Origin: a phage | NCBI GenBank assembly: GCA_012646105.1 | Contig: GCA_012646105.1_4328.1 | Length of the DNA stretch: 43,583 nucleotides | Reading direction: 5' to 3' (one strand) | Part shown: piece by piece, positions 26,062 through 34,389 of the stretch | Position numbering within the stretch: the stretch's first letter is position 1 | Layout: each line of letters opens with the position of its first letter | Made by a program: the position numbers and the translations under genes | Notes under the pieces: model-generated | The model's database searches: none | Told to the model about the DNA's origin: nothing | What the model saw: the letters and a program-made list of their open reading frames with translations, nothing else

Positions 26062-26598
26062 TCATTTAACAGCCCTCCCAATAGCCTCAGCCTCTTGCCA
26101 CGGTTTACCGTCGAACAGCGCCAGACGCCCGGCTGTACGGCGACGCAGGCCAAGTAGTGGTTTGCCGTTCTGGTTGATGAACAGTGCCAGCTTAGCCCGC
26201 AGTGTTGCAGTATCACCAGAACGCAGTGCCTTGCCTGTGCCCGTAGTAGACGCAATCACGCCAGCACCTGCGTTATACACCAGGTCACACACTGCATCGA
26301 ACTGCGACTGTGTCAGTGAATGGTGTGCTACTGCATCAACCGCAGCTACGGCCTTAGCCATATCGCGATTCAGTAACAGGAGGCCTTGCCCCTTCGTAAT
26401 CTTCTGCCCTTCATACACATGAGGGCCATAGCTTCCGTAGCCTATGGTTAAGTATTTTTCCGAAGGTGTCGCGCGGTATGCGGTCCCGCGGAAATCTTCC
26501 CACGCAGCGGTAAAATGCAATCCGTTATCTGAAATGTTTCGAGACACGCTTATGTCCTCCGTATGACAGCCACGCCTGACGAATCTGGCGCAGCGCAA
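26062..26598 (-). CDS. endolysin, T4-lysozyme-like (likely GTG start at 26547 preceded by GGAGGA)
   Basis: catalytic-region pattern NGLHFTAAWEDFRGTAYRA...LTIGYG. Confidence 0.8.
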   Translation of the reverse strand: MRCARFVRRGCHTEDISVSRNISDNGLHFTAAWEDFRGTAYRATPSEKYLTIGYGSYGPHVYEGQKITKGQGLLLLNRDMAKAVAAVDAVAHHSLTQSQFDAVCDLVYNAGAGVIASTTGTGKALRSGDTATLRAKLALFINQNGKPLLGLRRRTAGRLALFDGKPWQEAEAIGRAVK

Positions 26599-26797
26599 CT
26601 AATGTGATTAATGTCTCGGGTAGCGTAGGCGACATGCTGCCCTGTAACAGGTGGATACATCCGGCGGCGCAGACGATGGCGGTCAGAATATAGAGCACCC
26701 TGCCAAATAACCCGTCGTCCACGCGTTCATTATACACGTTGAACAAGGACGAAGCGCCCATCGCCAGCATTACGACAAACCAGAATAGCTCAGTCAT
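26525..26797 (-). CDS. second lysis membrane protein (2 TM; antiholin or pinholin candidate)
   Basis: ATG 26797 with RBS GGGAGG; two hydrophobic helices; between holin and endolysin. Confidence 0.5.
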   Translation of the reverse strand: MTELFWFVVMLAMGASSLFNVYNERVDDGLFGRVLYILTAIVCAAGCIHLLQGSMSPTLPETLITLVALRQIRQAWLSYGGHKRVSKHFR

Positions 26798-27098
26798 GCG
26801 GTCCTCCCGGGCGGGCAATATCACCGCCCGATACGATGCCAGAAAGGCGGGAATAGATAGGCATCCAGAGAATGGCAATGATGAATCCGAGGCCAGCTAT
26901 CTCGCGCTCACCGGTAATACCGAACCATTGAGCGGCAAGAGGTGCGCCGAAAATAGCACACGCGAAGCCGGTTAGAAGAAATACCAGTCCGTCGACTGGA
27001 CCGGATATAGACTTTTTATGTTGTCTTAGTCCGACCAATCCACCGACCAGTGCGGCAGCGAGAAGCCAGCCTGTCACTGTTTCAGTAAATTTATCCAA
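26790..27098 (-). CDS. holin (102 aa, three predicted TM, TTG start with GGAGGA RBS)
   Basis: three hydrophobic segments, charged C-terminus, upstream of endolysin. Confidence 0.6.
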   Translation of the reverse strand: MDKFTETVTGWLLAAALVGGLVGLRQHKKSISGPVDGLVFLLTGFACAIFGAPLAAQWFGITGEREIAGLGFIIAILWMPIYSRLSGIVSGGDIARPGGPHD

Positions 27099-27119
27099 GA
27101 TAAATCCTCCAGGTGCGTA

Positions 27120-27608
27120 TTAAGTATGCAGTAACTGGAGGATAGCACGGTTAGGAATTATCCTAATAGTTGTTTGGTAATAATCTTGCCGCCTGTGTTG
27201 GTGTCGAACTTCGATGCAACGGCTACGCCGCCATGCGCCGCCATGCGCCGAATATCCGCACTCCATAGCGGCTAATGCATATGGCGAGCCAGACCCCACG
27301 GCGGCGTACACATCAGCAACCGGAATAACTGAACTAAGCGCACAATCCCATGATTTATAGAACGCGACTTTGTACACCTTTTCTGTGTCTTTCACGAACA
27401 CCAGGGCTTCGAAATCGAAGTCATAGTGCTGTGGCCGAAGAATACCAGGGCAATCGATAAGCATAGTGCCAACTCCTGCGTCGCCAGCCACACCAATAAC
27501 AGCAAAATCATTCTCATATATCTTTGTGTCTGTGTTGTAGCAGTTACTTCCGCACACAACACGGGTGTCACAACCCATTGTCTTTCCGTCAAATGCGATA
27601 GTAGTCAT
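27120..27608 (-). CDS. HslV-like Ntn-hydrolase peptidase homolog, C-terminus possibly frameshifted by a 10 bp duplication
   Basis: MTTIAFDGK N-terminus, NDFAVIGVAGDAG and AVGSGSPYALAAM blocks resemble HslV; tandem CCATGCGCCG x2 at 27231-27250. Confidence 0.5.
   Translation of the reverse strand: MTTIAFDGKTMGCDTRVVCGSNCYNTDTKIYENDFAVIGVAGDAGVGTMLIDCPGILRPQHYDFDFEALVFVKDTEKVYKVAFYKSWDCALSSVIPVADVYAAVGSGSPYALAAMECGYSAHGGAWRRSRCIEVRHQHRRQDYYQTTIRIIPNRAILQLLHT
27231..27250. repeat. perfect 10 bp tandem duplication CCATGCGCCG-CCATGCGCCG inside coding sequence
   Basis: seen directly in sequence. Confidence 0.9.
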
Positions 27609-27901
27609 TTATGTCTCCAGATGTATTGTCGTCTCTGTGGTTTCGTCGGAGTATCATCGTATCCCAGCGATTTCCAGTAATTAAATAGCCGATTAGCGAT
27701 AGCCGCGCGTTCCTGTGTTTTAAACTCACCGAGATTCACCGCCTTCCCGTTCTGGAACCCGCAGGCGCGGACAGCTTTTCGTCTGGCCTGAATCTCAGGG
27801 TACAGCGCGTTACGGTGGCGCTTGTGTATACGCGTCTTAGCTCTCGGTGACAGCGGCGCAAGACCGCTTCGTTTCAGGATGTCAGTTGCAAGAGACATCA
27901 C
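27605..27901 (-). CDS. hypothetical early protein (98 aa, basic)
   Basis: six-frame ORF, ATGA coupling. Confidence 0.45.
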   Translation of the reverse strand: MMSLATDILKRSGLAPLSPRAKTRIHKRHRNALYPEIQARRKAVRACGFQNGKAVNLGEFKTQERAAIANRLFNYWKSLGYDDTPTKPQRRQYIWRHK

Positions 27902-28101
27902 TTCTCCTGTTTACCAAGCCGCTTAGGTGAGCAGATAGCGCGTACCTCTGAATCGTTAGGCTTGTCGGCCTGAAACAGGAAGTGCGCGTTCTCTGCGGCG
28001 CGTGCCGCTGACTGGCACGCCTCCATCGAGTAAAACGTTTCTGATGCCGCCAGTTGCATCTGGCCCGCGGACAATACCCAGATAAATAAGATGCTGGTCA
28101 T
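27898..28101 (-). CDS. small secreted-type protein (signal-peptide-like N-terminus MTSILFIWVLSAGQMQLAA)
   Basis: start refined to ATG 28101; hydrophobic N-terminus; two Cys. Confidence 0.4.
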   Translation of the reverse strand: MTSILFIWVLSAGQMQLAASETFYSMEACQSAARAAENAHFLFQADKPNDSEVRAICSPKRLGKQEK

Positions 28102-28421
28102 TTGGTCGCTCCACAATTAATACATACGGCGGGAGCCTTACCATTAACGAATCGCCAGTTATGGTGGCATTCCTGGATATCGTCCTTACGGCAACCAGAT
28201 TGCTCCCGTGCGCGGATAAGTTTGTACGCCTCTACATCACCCGTAGCTTTGACCAGAGCCAGATGCAACTCCTTAATCCGCGCCGACGCATCACGTAACT
28301 GATTCTTAAGTGACTGCACCTCATGCGCCAGGTCTTCGCACTGCTGCTTGTATGGGTTGCTGTTTACTTGCTGCCGTAGTTGGTCGATCAGGTACTCGAA
28401 TACTTCGTTTTTGTTACTCAT
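28098..28421 (-). CDS. hypothetical protein with coiled coil and C-terminal zinc-ribbon-like CHHNW...CINCG (alternative start 28466)
   Basis: six-frame ORF. Confidence 0.45.
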   Translation of the reverse strand: MSNKNEVFEYLIDQLRQQVNSNPYKQQCEDLAHEVQSLKNQLRDASARIKELHLALVKATGDVEAYKLIRAREQSGCRKDDIQECHHNWRFVNGKAPAVCINCGATK

Positions 28422-28641
28422 CAGTTTCTCCCAACACCGACTCAATAATGTAAGTATGGACCGCATGGGTTAATGTGTCGCCGTATGACACGCCTGGCGT
28501 ACCAGGGATACCCGCCATCCAACGCATATCACCTTTCGACTGGCGACCTATCATGTGGATGCCGTATCTCTCTACAAGGATGTCCACCTCATCGAGAATC
28601 CCCTTGCGGCGTAACAGCGCACGTGCTTTTGCGGGGGTCAT
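28414..28641 (-). CDS. hypothetical early protein (75 aa)
   Basis: six-frame ORF. Confidence 0.45.
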   Translation of the reverse strand: MTPAKARALLRRKGILDEVDILVERYGIHMIGRQSKGDMRWMAGIPGTPGVSYGDTLTHAVHTYIIESVLGETDE

Positions 28642-28805
28642 TGCGCAACCTCATACAAAGTTTCCGGGTAACCCCATGTTGCTTTAGCAACAAGATTATT
28701 ATCACTATCAACGTATATAGACTCTGGCGTACCTGCATTAATAACCATGTGATACATAAGACCTTCTACTGTGCTGAAAAACTCATCTTTAGTTACTGCT
28801 TTCAT
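28638..28805 (-). CDS. small hypothetical protein (55 aa, MKAVTKDEFFSTVEGLMYHM...)
   Basis: hand translated; RBS AGGAG about 10 nt upstream; first gene after promoter 28837-28865. Confidence 0.45.
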   Translation of the reverse strand: MKAVTKDEFFSTVEGLMYHMVINAGTPESIYVDSDNNLVAKATWGYPETLYEVAQ

Positions 28806-28836
28806 CTTCTGTCTCTCCTCTCGTTTGTGTAAATGA

Positions 28837-28865
28837 ATAGTAGCCTATTCTATCTTAGTGTGCAA
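28837..28865 (-). promoter_or_regulatory. promoter TTGCAC-N17-TACTAT (minus strand) overlapping GAATAG-N4-CTATTC palindrome
   Basis: -35 at 28865-28860, -10 at 28842-28837. Confidence 0.5.
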
Positions 28866-28872
28866 GTAAATT

Positions 28873-29043
28873 TTATTGGTGTTTTAAATATAATCGTTCA
28901 CTGCGAATCCAGTAGTACCTCGGGCGTCGTACCCACTGACGCCATCGCATAACACGGTACTTGTTGCCGTCTGACGCAACAATAAGCCCGAATCGCTTTT
29001 CTCCGTTTCTACCGGTCCAGGTTACGATGTCATTCAGTTTCAT
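28873..29043 (-). CDS. hypothetical early protein (start refined to ATG 29043 with AGGAG RBS)
   Basis: ORF-track start 29067 is GTG without RBS. Confidence 0.45.
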   Translation of the reverse strand: MKLNDIVTWTGRNGEKRFGLIVASDGNKYRVMRWRQWVRRPRYYWIRSERLYLKHQ

Positions 29044-29114
29044 TGTTGCATCTCCTGCAATAGTCACTTCGATTGTTGCGTTTGGTGAAATAGAACAAAA
29101 ATGAGAAAAATGAT

Positions 29115-29134
29115 ACGCTGCTGTGTAGCAGCGT
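29115..29134 (-). terminator. rho-independent terminator (minus strand)
   Basis: ACGCTGCT-GTGT-AGCAGCGT 8 bp stem followed by T-rich tract on minus strand. Confidence 0.45.
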
Positions 29135-29157
29135 AAGTCACTCAGTAAAATCCCAAA

Positions 29158-29319
29158 CTATTGACCTGTTACACCACCTGTCATACCGGCACGATATTGC
29201 ACACCAGCTTTCCACGCCCGCCACGCGAGACGCGTCTTAACGTTCAGGTACTCTTTCTTCGAACCCTTGTTAACTGGCAGACCCTCGACGACGGCCCACC
29301 GTTCGAATGCTTCTCTCAT
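29158..29319 (-). CDS. small hypothetical protein (53 aa)
   Basis: hand translated (MREAFERWAVVEGLPVNKGSKKEY...); weak G-rich RBS. Confidence 0.35.
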   Translation of the reverse strand: MREAFERWAVVEGLPVNKGSKKEYLNVKTRLAWRAWKAGVQYRAGMTGGVTGQ

Positions 29320-29370
29320 ACCAACCCCCACAACGCGTGCGCCACATAAATAGCGCTGACAATTAAAATG

Positions 29371-29613
29371 TTATTCACGGCAACCTCCCTCAGAGTCGTC
29401 GGCACAAGCATCACGATTCGATGCCGCTGTGAATGAGGCTTTCAGTCCGCCATCGAATACCCCATATTCGCCGTCGCCGAACTGGTCAACTACCAACTCG
29501 CACCCTGTTTCATCTATTACATAATCGTAATCAGGTGTTGAATAACCGCTGTATGATCTTCCCGGCTTGAACCCCGATAATTTACTTTTCACGCAAATTA
29601 ATTCTTCCATCAC
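29371..29613 (-). CDS. hypothetical early protein (80 aa, acidic, Cys-containing)
   Basis: six-frame ORF, ATGA coupling. Confidence 0.5.
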   Translation of the reverse strand: MMEELICVKSKLSGFKPGRSYSGYSTPDYDYVIDETGCELVVDQFGDGEYGVFDGGLKASFTAASNRDACADDSEGGCRE

Positions 29614-29810
29614 TTCACCCCTTTGAATTTAAAATTGTTGCCAATTAATTCCAGATTATCGCGTAAGGCGAACCCGGGTTTCTTTCTTACCAGGCTCCAT
29701 ACGTCGACTATATTATCCTCGTCATACTCGTTCTCGTCCTGCAACACTATTACGTACTGCCCACCGCGTTCCGTTTTCACCAACTGACCACGTTTAAACA
29801 TAACCCTCAC
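29610..29810 (-). CDS. hypothetical early protein (66 aa; ATG at 29801 or GTG at 29810)
   Basis: first gene after promoter 29836-29864. Confidence 0.5.
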   Translation of the reverse strand: MRVMFKRGQLVKTERGGQYVIVLQDENEYDEDNIVDVWSLVRKKPGFALRDNLELIGNNFKFKGVK

Positions 29811-29835
29811 TCCTCTGTCTCGTTTCGATAAGTGA

Positions 29836-29864
29836 ATAGTAACCTATTATGTTGGGGTGTGCAA
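29836..29864 (-). promoter_or_regulatory. promoter TTGCAC-N17-TACTAT (minus strand) with embedded operator palindrome
   Basis: spacer ACCCCAACATAATAGG is almost identical to that of the 9137 promoter. Confidence 0.5.
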
Positions 29865-30296
29865 GAAAATAGTTACGTTGCCGTTGTGATTCTTTGGGGA
29901 AGGTTGTGCCTTTATTCTTATTACTTGGTAACTAAAGGGCAGGCCTTAAGCCTGCCCAATAATCGTTACATTTTTACGGTTGCGAATCTACGGCATATTA
30001 AGAAAATCAGATACTTAAGAGATATGCTGCCGATGTGAATAGAGCTTGCCCAGGGCAACCGGAGATACTTAGGAAGGAAAGTTACGATAATTCATATGTT
30101 CAGTAAGCCTGCTGCTTAACCCTTTGCTTAACGCACGGGTTAAGCATTCTTACAAGGTGAACAGGAATCAAAGTAACTAAGATATAGAAGCACCTTAAAC
30201 GAAGATTTTCATAATGTCAATAGGTGCGATTATGTTTTATTTCCCATTATTCGCAATGTATACTTGGTTTCGTTAACTGATAATGAGGGTTTGAGA

Positions 30297-30467
30297 ATGA
30301 CGCAGAATGAGGTAGCTGAGCGTATCGGGGTTACTCGTCGCACGCTGAATAACTGGTTAAAGAGTGGGAAGTTCCCTGATTGTTGTATTCGCATTATGGG
30401 CCGCCGTCAGCCAGGTACGTTCGACCCGGAGAAAGTGGAAGCGTGGATTAAGGAGAACGTGAAATGA
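30297..30467 (+). CDS. AlpA/Xis-like HTH transcriptional regulator (57 aa)
   Basis: MTQNEVAERIGVTRRTLNNWLKSGKFPD...WIKEN pattern; RBS GAGGG. Confidence 0.6.
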   Translation: MTQNEVAERIGVTRRTLNNWLKSGKFPDCCIRIMGRRQPGTFDPEKVEAWIKENVK

Positions 30468-30697
30468 CAGAGTTCCAGTCACGCGTATTTACGGCAGTCG
30501 TTTCGTTAACACGTAAAAAAGGTTCGTGCAGCGTTATCGACTTGCGCCGTAGTTATTTTAAGTACTATAGTTCAGCCATTATTGAAGGGTCGTTACGCGT
30601 GCTGGTTAAATCCGGTGTCGTGAAAAATGTTGGCGGGAAATATAGCGCCGTTGCTGAAGTGCGCGGAATGACCGCTACTTTAGAAGACCTGGAATAA
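30464..30697 (+). CDS. hypothetical protein (77 aa)
   Basis: six-frame ORF, ATGA coupling. Confidence 0.5.
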   Translation: MTEFQSRVFTAVVSLTRKKGSCSVIDLRRSYFKYYSSAIIEGSLRVLVKSGVVKNVGGKYSAVAEVRGMTATLEDLE

Positions 30698-30756
30698 AAG
30701 AAAGCCCCGACGCGGTGAACGCCGAGGCTAAATTACTTGCTGAAGGAATATACAAC

Positions 30757-32997
30757 ATGTCCGATGTAATTTTATCCTACTCGTGGTCTCGTCGCAACGC
30801 GCGGGCGGAGAAAAAGGATATAAACGTCAGAACCACACACACGGCAACACTGGACGACCTGAAAGAGTTAATCCAGCCGCTCGATGCCGTTCGCGATGGG
30901 GTTAACCTGAAGACCGCGCCCGGCTATATCACGGCCGCGTGTGACTCTACGCACAGCACCGTAAAAGACCCGGAAACAGGTGACTTTAAGCAAGCTCGTA
31001 AAGGCTTCTTCTATCGCTGTGACGCGTCTGTAAGCAAATCGTCGCTGGCATATCTGGACTTCGACAGCGCAACGCCGGAAGAGTATCAGGAAGCTGTGCG
31101 CCTGGTTAAGCGCAGCCGTAAAGCCATGTGCCTTTACACCACGGCATCACATACCGATGAGTCCCCACGCTTTCGCGTCGTCATGCCGCTGGCCCGCCCG
31201 GTCGAAGGCGGCGACATCATCCGTGTTCGCCACGGGTTGCTGGAGCATTTCTTTAAGGGCATGGGTGCTGACCGCAGCGGGTTCACTCTGTCCCAGCCTA
31301 TGTACCTGCCGCCGGTCGGCTCGCAGGTTATCTGGTCGCGTCGCAATGACCCGATTGACCCGGACGAGTTACTGGAAGGCATCCCGGATTACGAGGTGAG
31401 CAGCGCATCTGACTACCAGATACCGGAAGAACTGCGCACAGCGTTTACGGACGCGTTTGAGGCACTGGCGTTCGAGTACGGCGGCATCATGACGCCACGC
31501 GGCCTTAAGATGCCCGCCACACTAGAACACGCAGAAAACTACAGCGACCCGACGCCGCGTCCTGACGACTTCCTGCTGTGTTTCCCGCGTGAAGGATATG
31601 AAGCGCCGAACGTAACCATGATTCACGACACCGACATTACGGCAACCGAAGGCATGTCGCCGAAAGAGGTGTGGAAGTACGCGTGTGATGCTACAGGGCT
31701 TCCGTTCAGTGAAGTTGCAGAGGCTATCGGCTGGGGTGCGCGTGAATCTGTTTCATGCAGCCTCGACGACCTGGAAGACGACGATGACTCAGAGGAGGAC
31801 GAGCTACCAGAACCAGTAAAGGCTGATTTCGTCGTTGAAGGGTACATGCCGTCGGATTGCATCTGGGACATCGTCGGGGAGTCTGGTACGTATAAATCCT
31901 TCTATACGCTGGGGATGATGTACCTGAGCGCCGCCGGATACCGGTTTGCAGGGGCAGACACCCAGCGTTGCCATCACTTCTATATCGACGGTGAAGGCGG
32001 CGCAGCTACCCGCACCCGTATCGATGCGCTCACGGCTAAATATGGCGAGGAAGGTAAAGATTATGTGCATGTCATAGATATGGGCGAAGTCGGCAAGCTG
32101 AAAAACCTGATTAAGTTGATGCGTGAAACTGCTGGCGACGAGCCAATTGGCATGGTCGCGTTCGACACTCTCAACCAGACACTGGCCCTGACGATTGATA
32201 AGTTCGACGAGAACAGTTCATCAACGGCAATCGGCATGGGTAAAGTTATCGCCATCCTGAAAGAAGTACGTGACGCAACTAAAGCCGCGGTGGGCGTCGT
32301 CCACCATACACCGAAGGGCGGAAAGAAAGCCCGTGGCAGCGGGGCGCTGTATGCGGGTGTCGATGTGGAACTGACAATAGAACGTGCAACCGACCGTCAG
32401 ATAAACGTATACCACTCGAAATTTAAGCACGGGCCTCAACAGAAAACGGTTGGTATGGTGCTCGAGTCTGTACAGTTCCGTGAAGCACCACCGCCGAAAG
32501 AGTACCGTGCTGTTGAGTTCTTGGGCAGCACAGAGGAATACGGCACAATCGTAAACCTCGACCTGCCGGAACCACACAAGGCGCTTGTTCTGATGCCGTG
32601 GGGCTTCGAGCCGTTCAAAACTGACGAGGAGAAAGAGCGGGAAGAAGGGTTAACTAACGAAGGTAAACAAAAAGTAAAGGAAGAAGTTAAACGCGGCAGG
32701 GATGAAGTAAGGAAGGAGTCGATACTTTCGGCACTGGAAGACCTGCAACAGTCAGATGACACAGGTCGCGGTTTTACTCAGCAGCAGATAGTGGCCCGTT
32801 CCGGTGACTTTTCTGTGACTAACACCCATCTTGATAAAATGCTGAAAGATGGTGAACTAATGCTAGGCTGTGATGCTAATGGCGAAGTAGTACCGAGAAC
32901 GTATCGTATACCTGAAAGAATAGGGGATAGACTAAGACCGAAGACAATATACGAACCGAATGAAATGCTGGTAGTGACAGAAGAGGATTTGGAATAG
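30757..32997 (+). CDS. DNA primase / replicative helicase fusion (alternative GTG start 30715)
   Basis: C-terminal Walker A GESGTYKS and Walker B VAFDTL, N-terminal primase-like region; RBS GAAGGA. Confidence 0.7.
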   Translation: MSDVILSYSWSRRNARAEKKDINVRTTHTATLDDLKELIQPLDAVRDGVNLKTAPGYITAACDSTHSTVKDPETGDFKQARKGFFYRCDASVSKSSLAYLDFDSATPEEYQEAVRLVKRSRKAMCLYTTASHTDESPRFRVVMPLARPVEGGDIIRVRHGLLEHFFKGMGADRSGFTLSQPMYLPPVGSQVIWSRRNDPIDPDELLEGIPDYEVSSASDYQIPEELRTAFTDAFEALAFEYGGIMTPRGLKMPATLEHAENYSDPTPRPDDFLLCFPREGYEAPNVTMIHDTDITATEGMSPKEVWKYACDATGLPFSEVAEAIGWGARESVSCSLDDLEDDDDSEEDELPEPVKADFVVEGYMPSDCIWDIVGESGTYKSFYTLGMMYLSAAGYRFAGADTQRCHHFYIDGEGGAATRTRIDALTAKYGEEGKDYVHVIDMGEVGKLKNLIKLMRETAGDEPIGMVAFDTLNQTLALTIDKFDENSSSTAIGMGKVIAILKEVRDATKAAVGVVHHTPKGGKKARGSGALYAGVDVELTIERATDRQINVYHSKFKHGPQQKTVGMVLESVQFREAPPPKEYRAVEFLGSTEEYGTIVNLDLPEPHKALVLMPWGFEPFKTDEEKEREEGLTNEGKQKVKEEVKRGRDEVRKESILSALEDLQQSDDTGRGFTQQQIVARSGDFSVTNTHLDKMLKDGELMLGCDANGEVVPRTYRIPERIGDRLRPKTIYEPNEMLVVTEEDLE

Positions 32998-33016
32998 GTA
33001 AAAAAAGAAAGGGGCG

Positions 33017-33232
33017 TTAAGCCCCTTCACCGAACGCCAGCCACTTGGCGTCTACTTGCAGAACTTCCGCCAGTTTAAACAGCGTCGCCGGGCGGACGTC
33101 CTGAGTTACCCCAAGTGCAAGCTGGTTAATCGCGCCCTGGGAAACGCCGGCCAGGACAGCCAGACGGCGCTGGGAGATGCCGAGTTCTTTACGGCGTTGT
33201 TCTACACGGATGCCTAGTTCAGATGGTTGCAT
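33017..33232 (-). CDS. XRE/Cro-type HTH regulator (71 aa)
   Basis: LGISQRRLAVLAGVSQGAINQL helix-turn-helix; perfect RBS AAGGAG; divergent from plus operon. Confidence 0.7.
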   Translation of the reverse strand: MQPSELGIRVEQRRKELGISQRRLAVLAGVSQGAINQLALGVTQDVRPATLFKLAEVLQVDAKWLAFGEGA

Positions 33233-33252
33233 GTCAATTACTCCTTAGTCAG

Positions 33253-33325
33253 TTGATATGTGAATAGTACCATATTAATTATTTTAGAAAAGCCCATTGA
33301 CATGTGAATAGTTCGCTATTATAGT
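33253..33325. promoter_or_regulatory. divergent promoter/operator region with two operator palindromes
   Basis: TTGATA-N17-TAATTA and TTGACA-N17-TATAGT, each spacer containing TGTGAATAGT; leftward -10 TACTAT at 33269-33264. Confidence 0.5.
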
Positions 33326-33357
33326 TAGCCCATACCAAACGAGAGGAGAGAAACAAA

Positions 33358-33534
33358 ATGGCTAAACGTAAAGATTATGATGCTAACTGGAAAGTGTGGT
33401 TTCCCAACGTCATCCTAGAAGGACGTGGGAATGTTGAAGGTATGATTACTCAGGCATTCCGTTTCTTACCCGAAAACATGCAGAAAGACATTCTTAAAGA
33501 ACTTAACAATATCGCCGAACAGGAGAACAAATAA
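33358..33534 (+). CDS. small hypothetical protein (58 aa, MAKRKDYDANWKVWFPN...)
   Basis: hand translated; RBS AGGAG 9 nt upstream; TAATG coupling to next gene. Confidence 0.5.
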   Translation: MAKRKDYDANWKVWFPNVILEGRGNVEGMITQAFRFLPENMQKDILKELNNIAEQENK

Positions 33535-34061
33535 TGTTAGAGAAATTCTTAGTATTACTGGAACGTTTCGTAGTTGCGCATGAACTGATTGCTGCGAACA
33601 GTGTGAAACAACCGACTAATAAATCTGTAGGTGAATTGACTGTTGACGTCGCGGTAACGGGGGTAGAGACAGTTAAAAAAGAACTGGCTAAAGCACTTGA
33701 AGAAGTCGAGAAGGCGAAAGAAATCCCGGTTGAAGGTGAAGACGTCGTTGACACTAAACCGGCAGAAGATGAGAAGCCGAAACGCAAGCCTGGCAAATCA
33801 AAACCAGCCCCTAAACCTGTAGAGGAACAAACACCGGAGCCGGAAGAAGAAGTCGATTACCAGTCTCTGCGTGACCAGATTCAGGCTATCGACGATGCGA
33901 TTAACGAAGGTCCGAGCGATGCCGCGTGCGACGATTCCGATGAACTACTGGAAGAGTTCACCGGTAAGAAAATGAAGATTGCCGCGATTAAAGACGAAGA
34001 CCTGGCTGAATATCTGGAACGCCTCACGGCAATCAAGAACAAGTATTTCGAAGAAGAATAA
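33534..34061 (+). CDS. acidic hypothetical protein (175 aa)
   Basis: six-frame ORF; Glu/Asp/Pro/Lys-rich central region. Confidence 0.5.
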   Translation: MLEKFLVLLERFVVAHELIAANSVKQPTNKSVGELTVDVAVTGVETVKKELAKALEEVEKAKEIPVEGEDVVDTKPAEDEKPKRKPGKSKPAPKPVEEQTPEPEEEVDYQSLRDQIQAIDDAINEGPSDAACDDSDELLEEFTGKKMKIAAIKDEDLAEYLERLTAIKNKYFEEE

Positions 34062-34074
34062 CTACTTAACTTAT

Positions 34075-34098
34075 GGTGCCCTCGCTATTGAGGGCACC
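34075..34098 (+). other. perfect 9 bp stem-loop GGTGCCCTC-GCTATT-GAGGGCACC
   Basis: no T-run follows; possible attenuator or RNA processing site. Confidence 0.4.
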
Positions 34099-34116
34099 AA
34101 ACTGAGGGTCAGAATT

Positions 34117-34389
34117 ATGATTTACCAACTCTACCGAGCCGTAGACAGGCGGGATAGCACAGAGGCGTTATGGCTGTTGCGCGCTCCGTCCGGTGCGCAC
34201 CAGATGGAAGAGATGGCGTACTTAGGCAAAGTACCACGGCCTAAAGATATAGGCCGTCACGTGTCGCAGATTAAGCGCACGACTTTCGCCAAACCTGACT
34301 TTTATGTCTTCGAGTCGATGTATGGATGGGCGATGCATTGCCACCACCAGACACGACATTTAATTGACCAGTGGGAGAGCAGAGTATGA
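34117..34389 (+). CDS. hypothetical protein (90 aa)
   Basis: ATG 34117 with RBS GAGGG; ORF-track start 33979 overlaps upstream gene. Confidence 0.5.
   Translation: MIYQLYRAVDRRDSTEALWLLRAPSGAHQMEEMAYLGKVPRPKDIGRHVSQIKRTTFAKPDFYVFESMYGWAMHCHHQTRHLIDQWESRV

Noticed and set aside
23800-33250. Lysogeny module (integrase, attachment site) suggested by the Cro-like regulator and immunity-like protein
   Set aside because: No tyrosine or serine recombinase-like ORF and no tRNA-adjacent attachment site found in the window; the element looks like a virulent-type genome with a regulated early switch.
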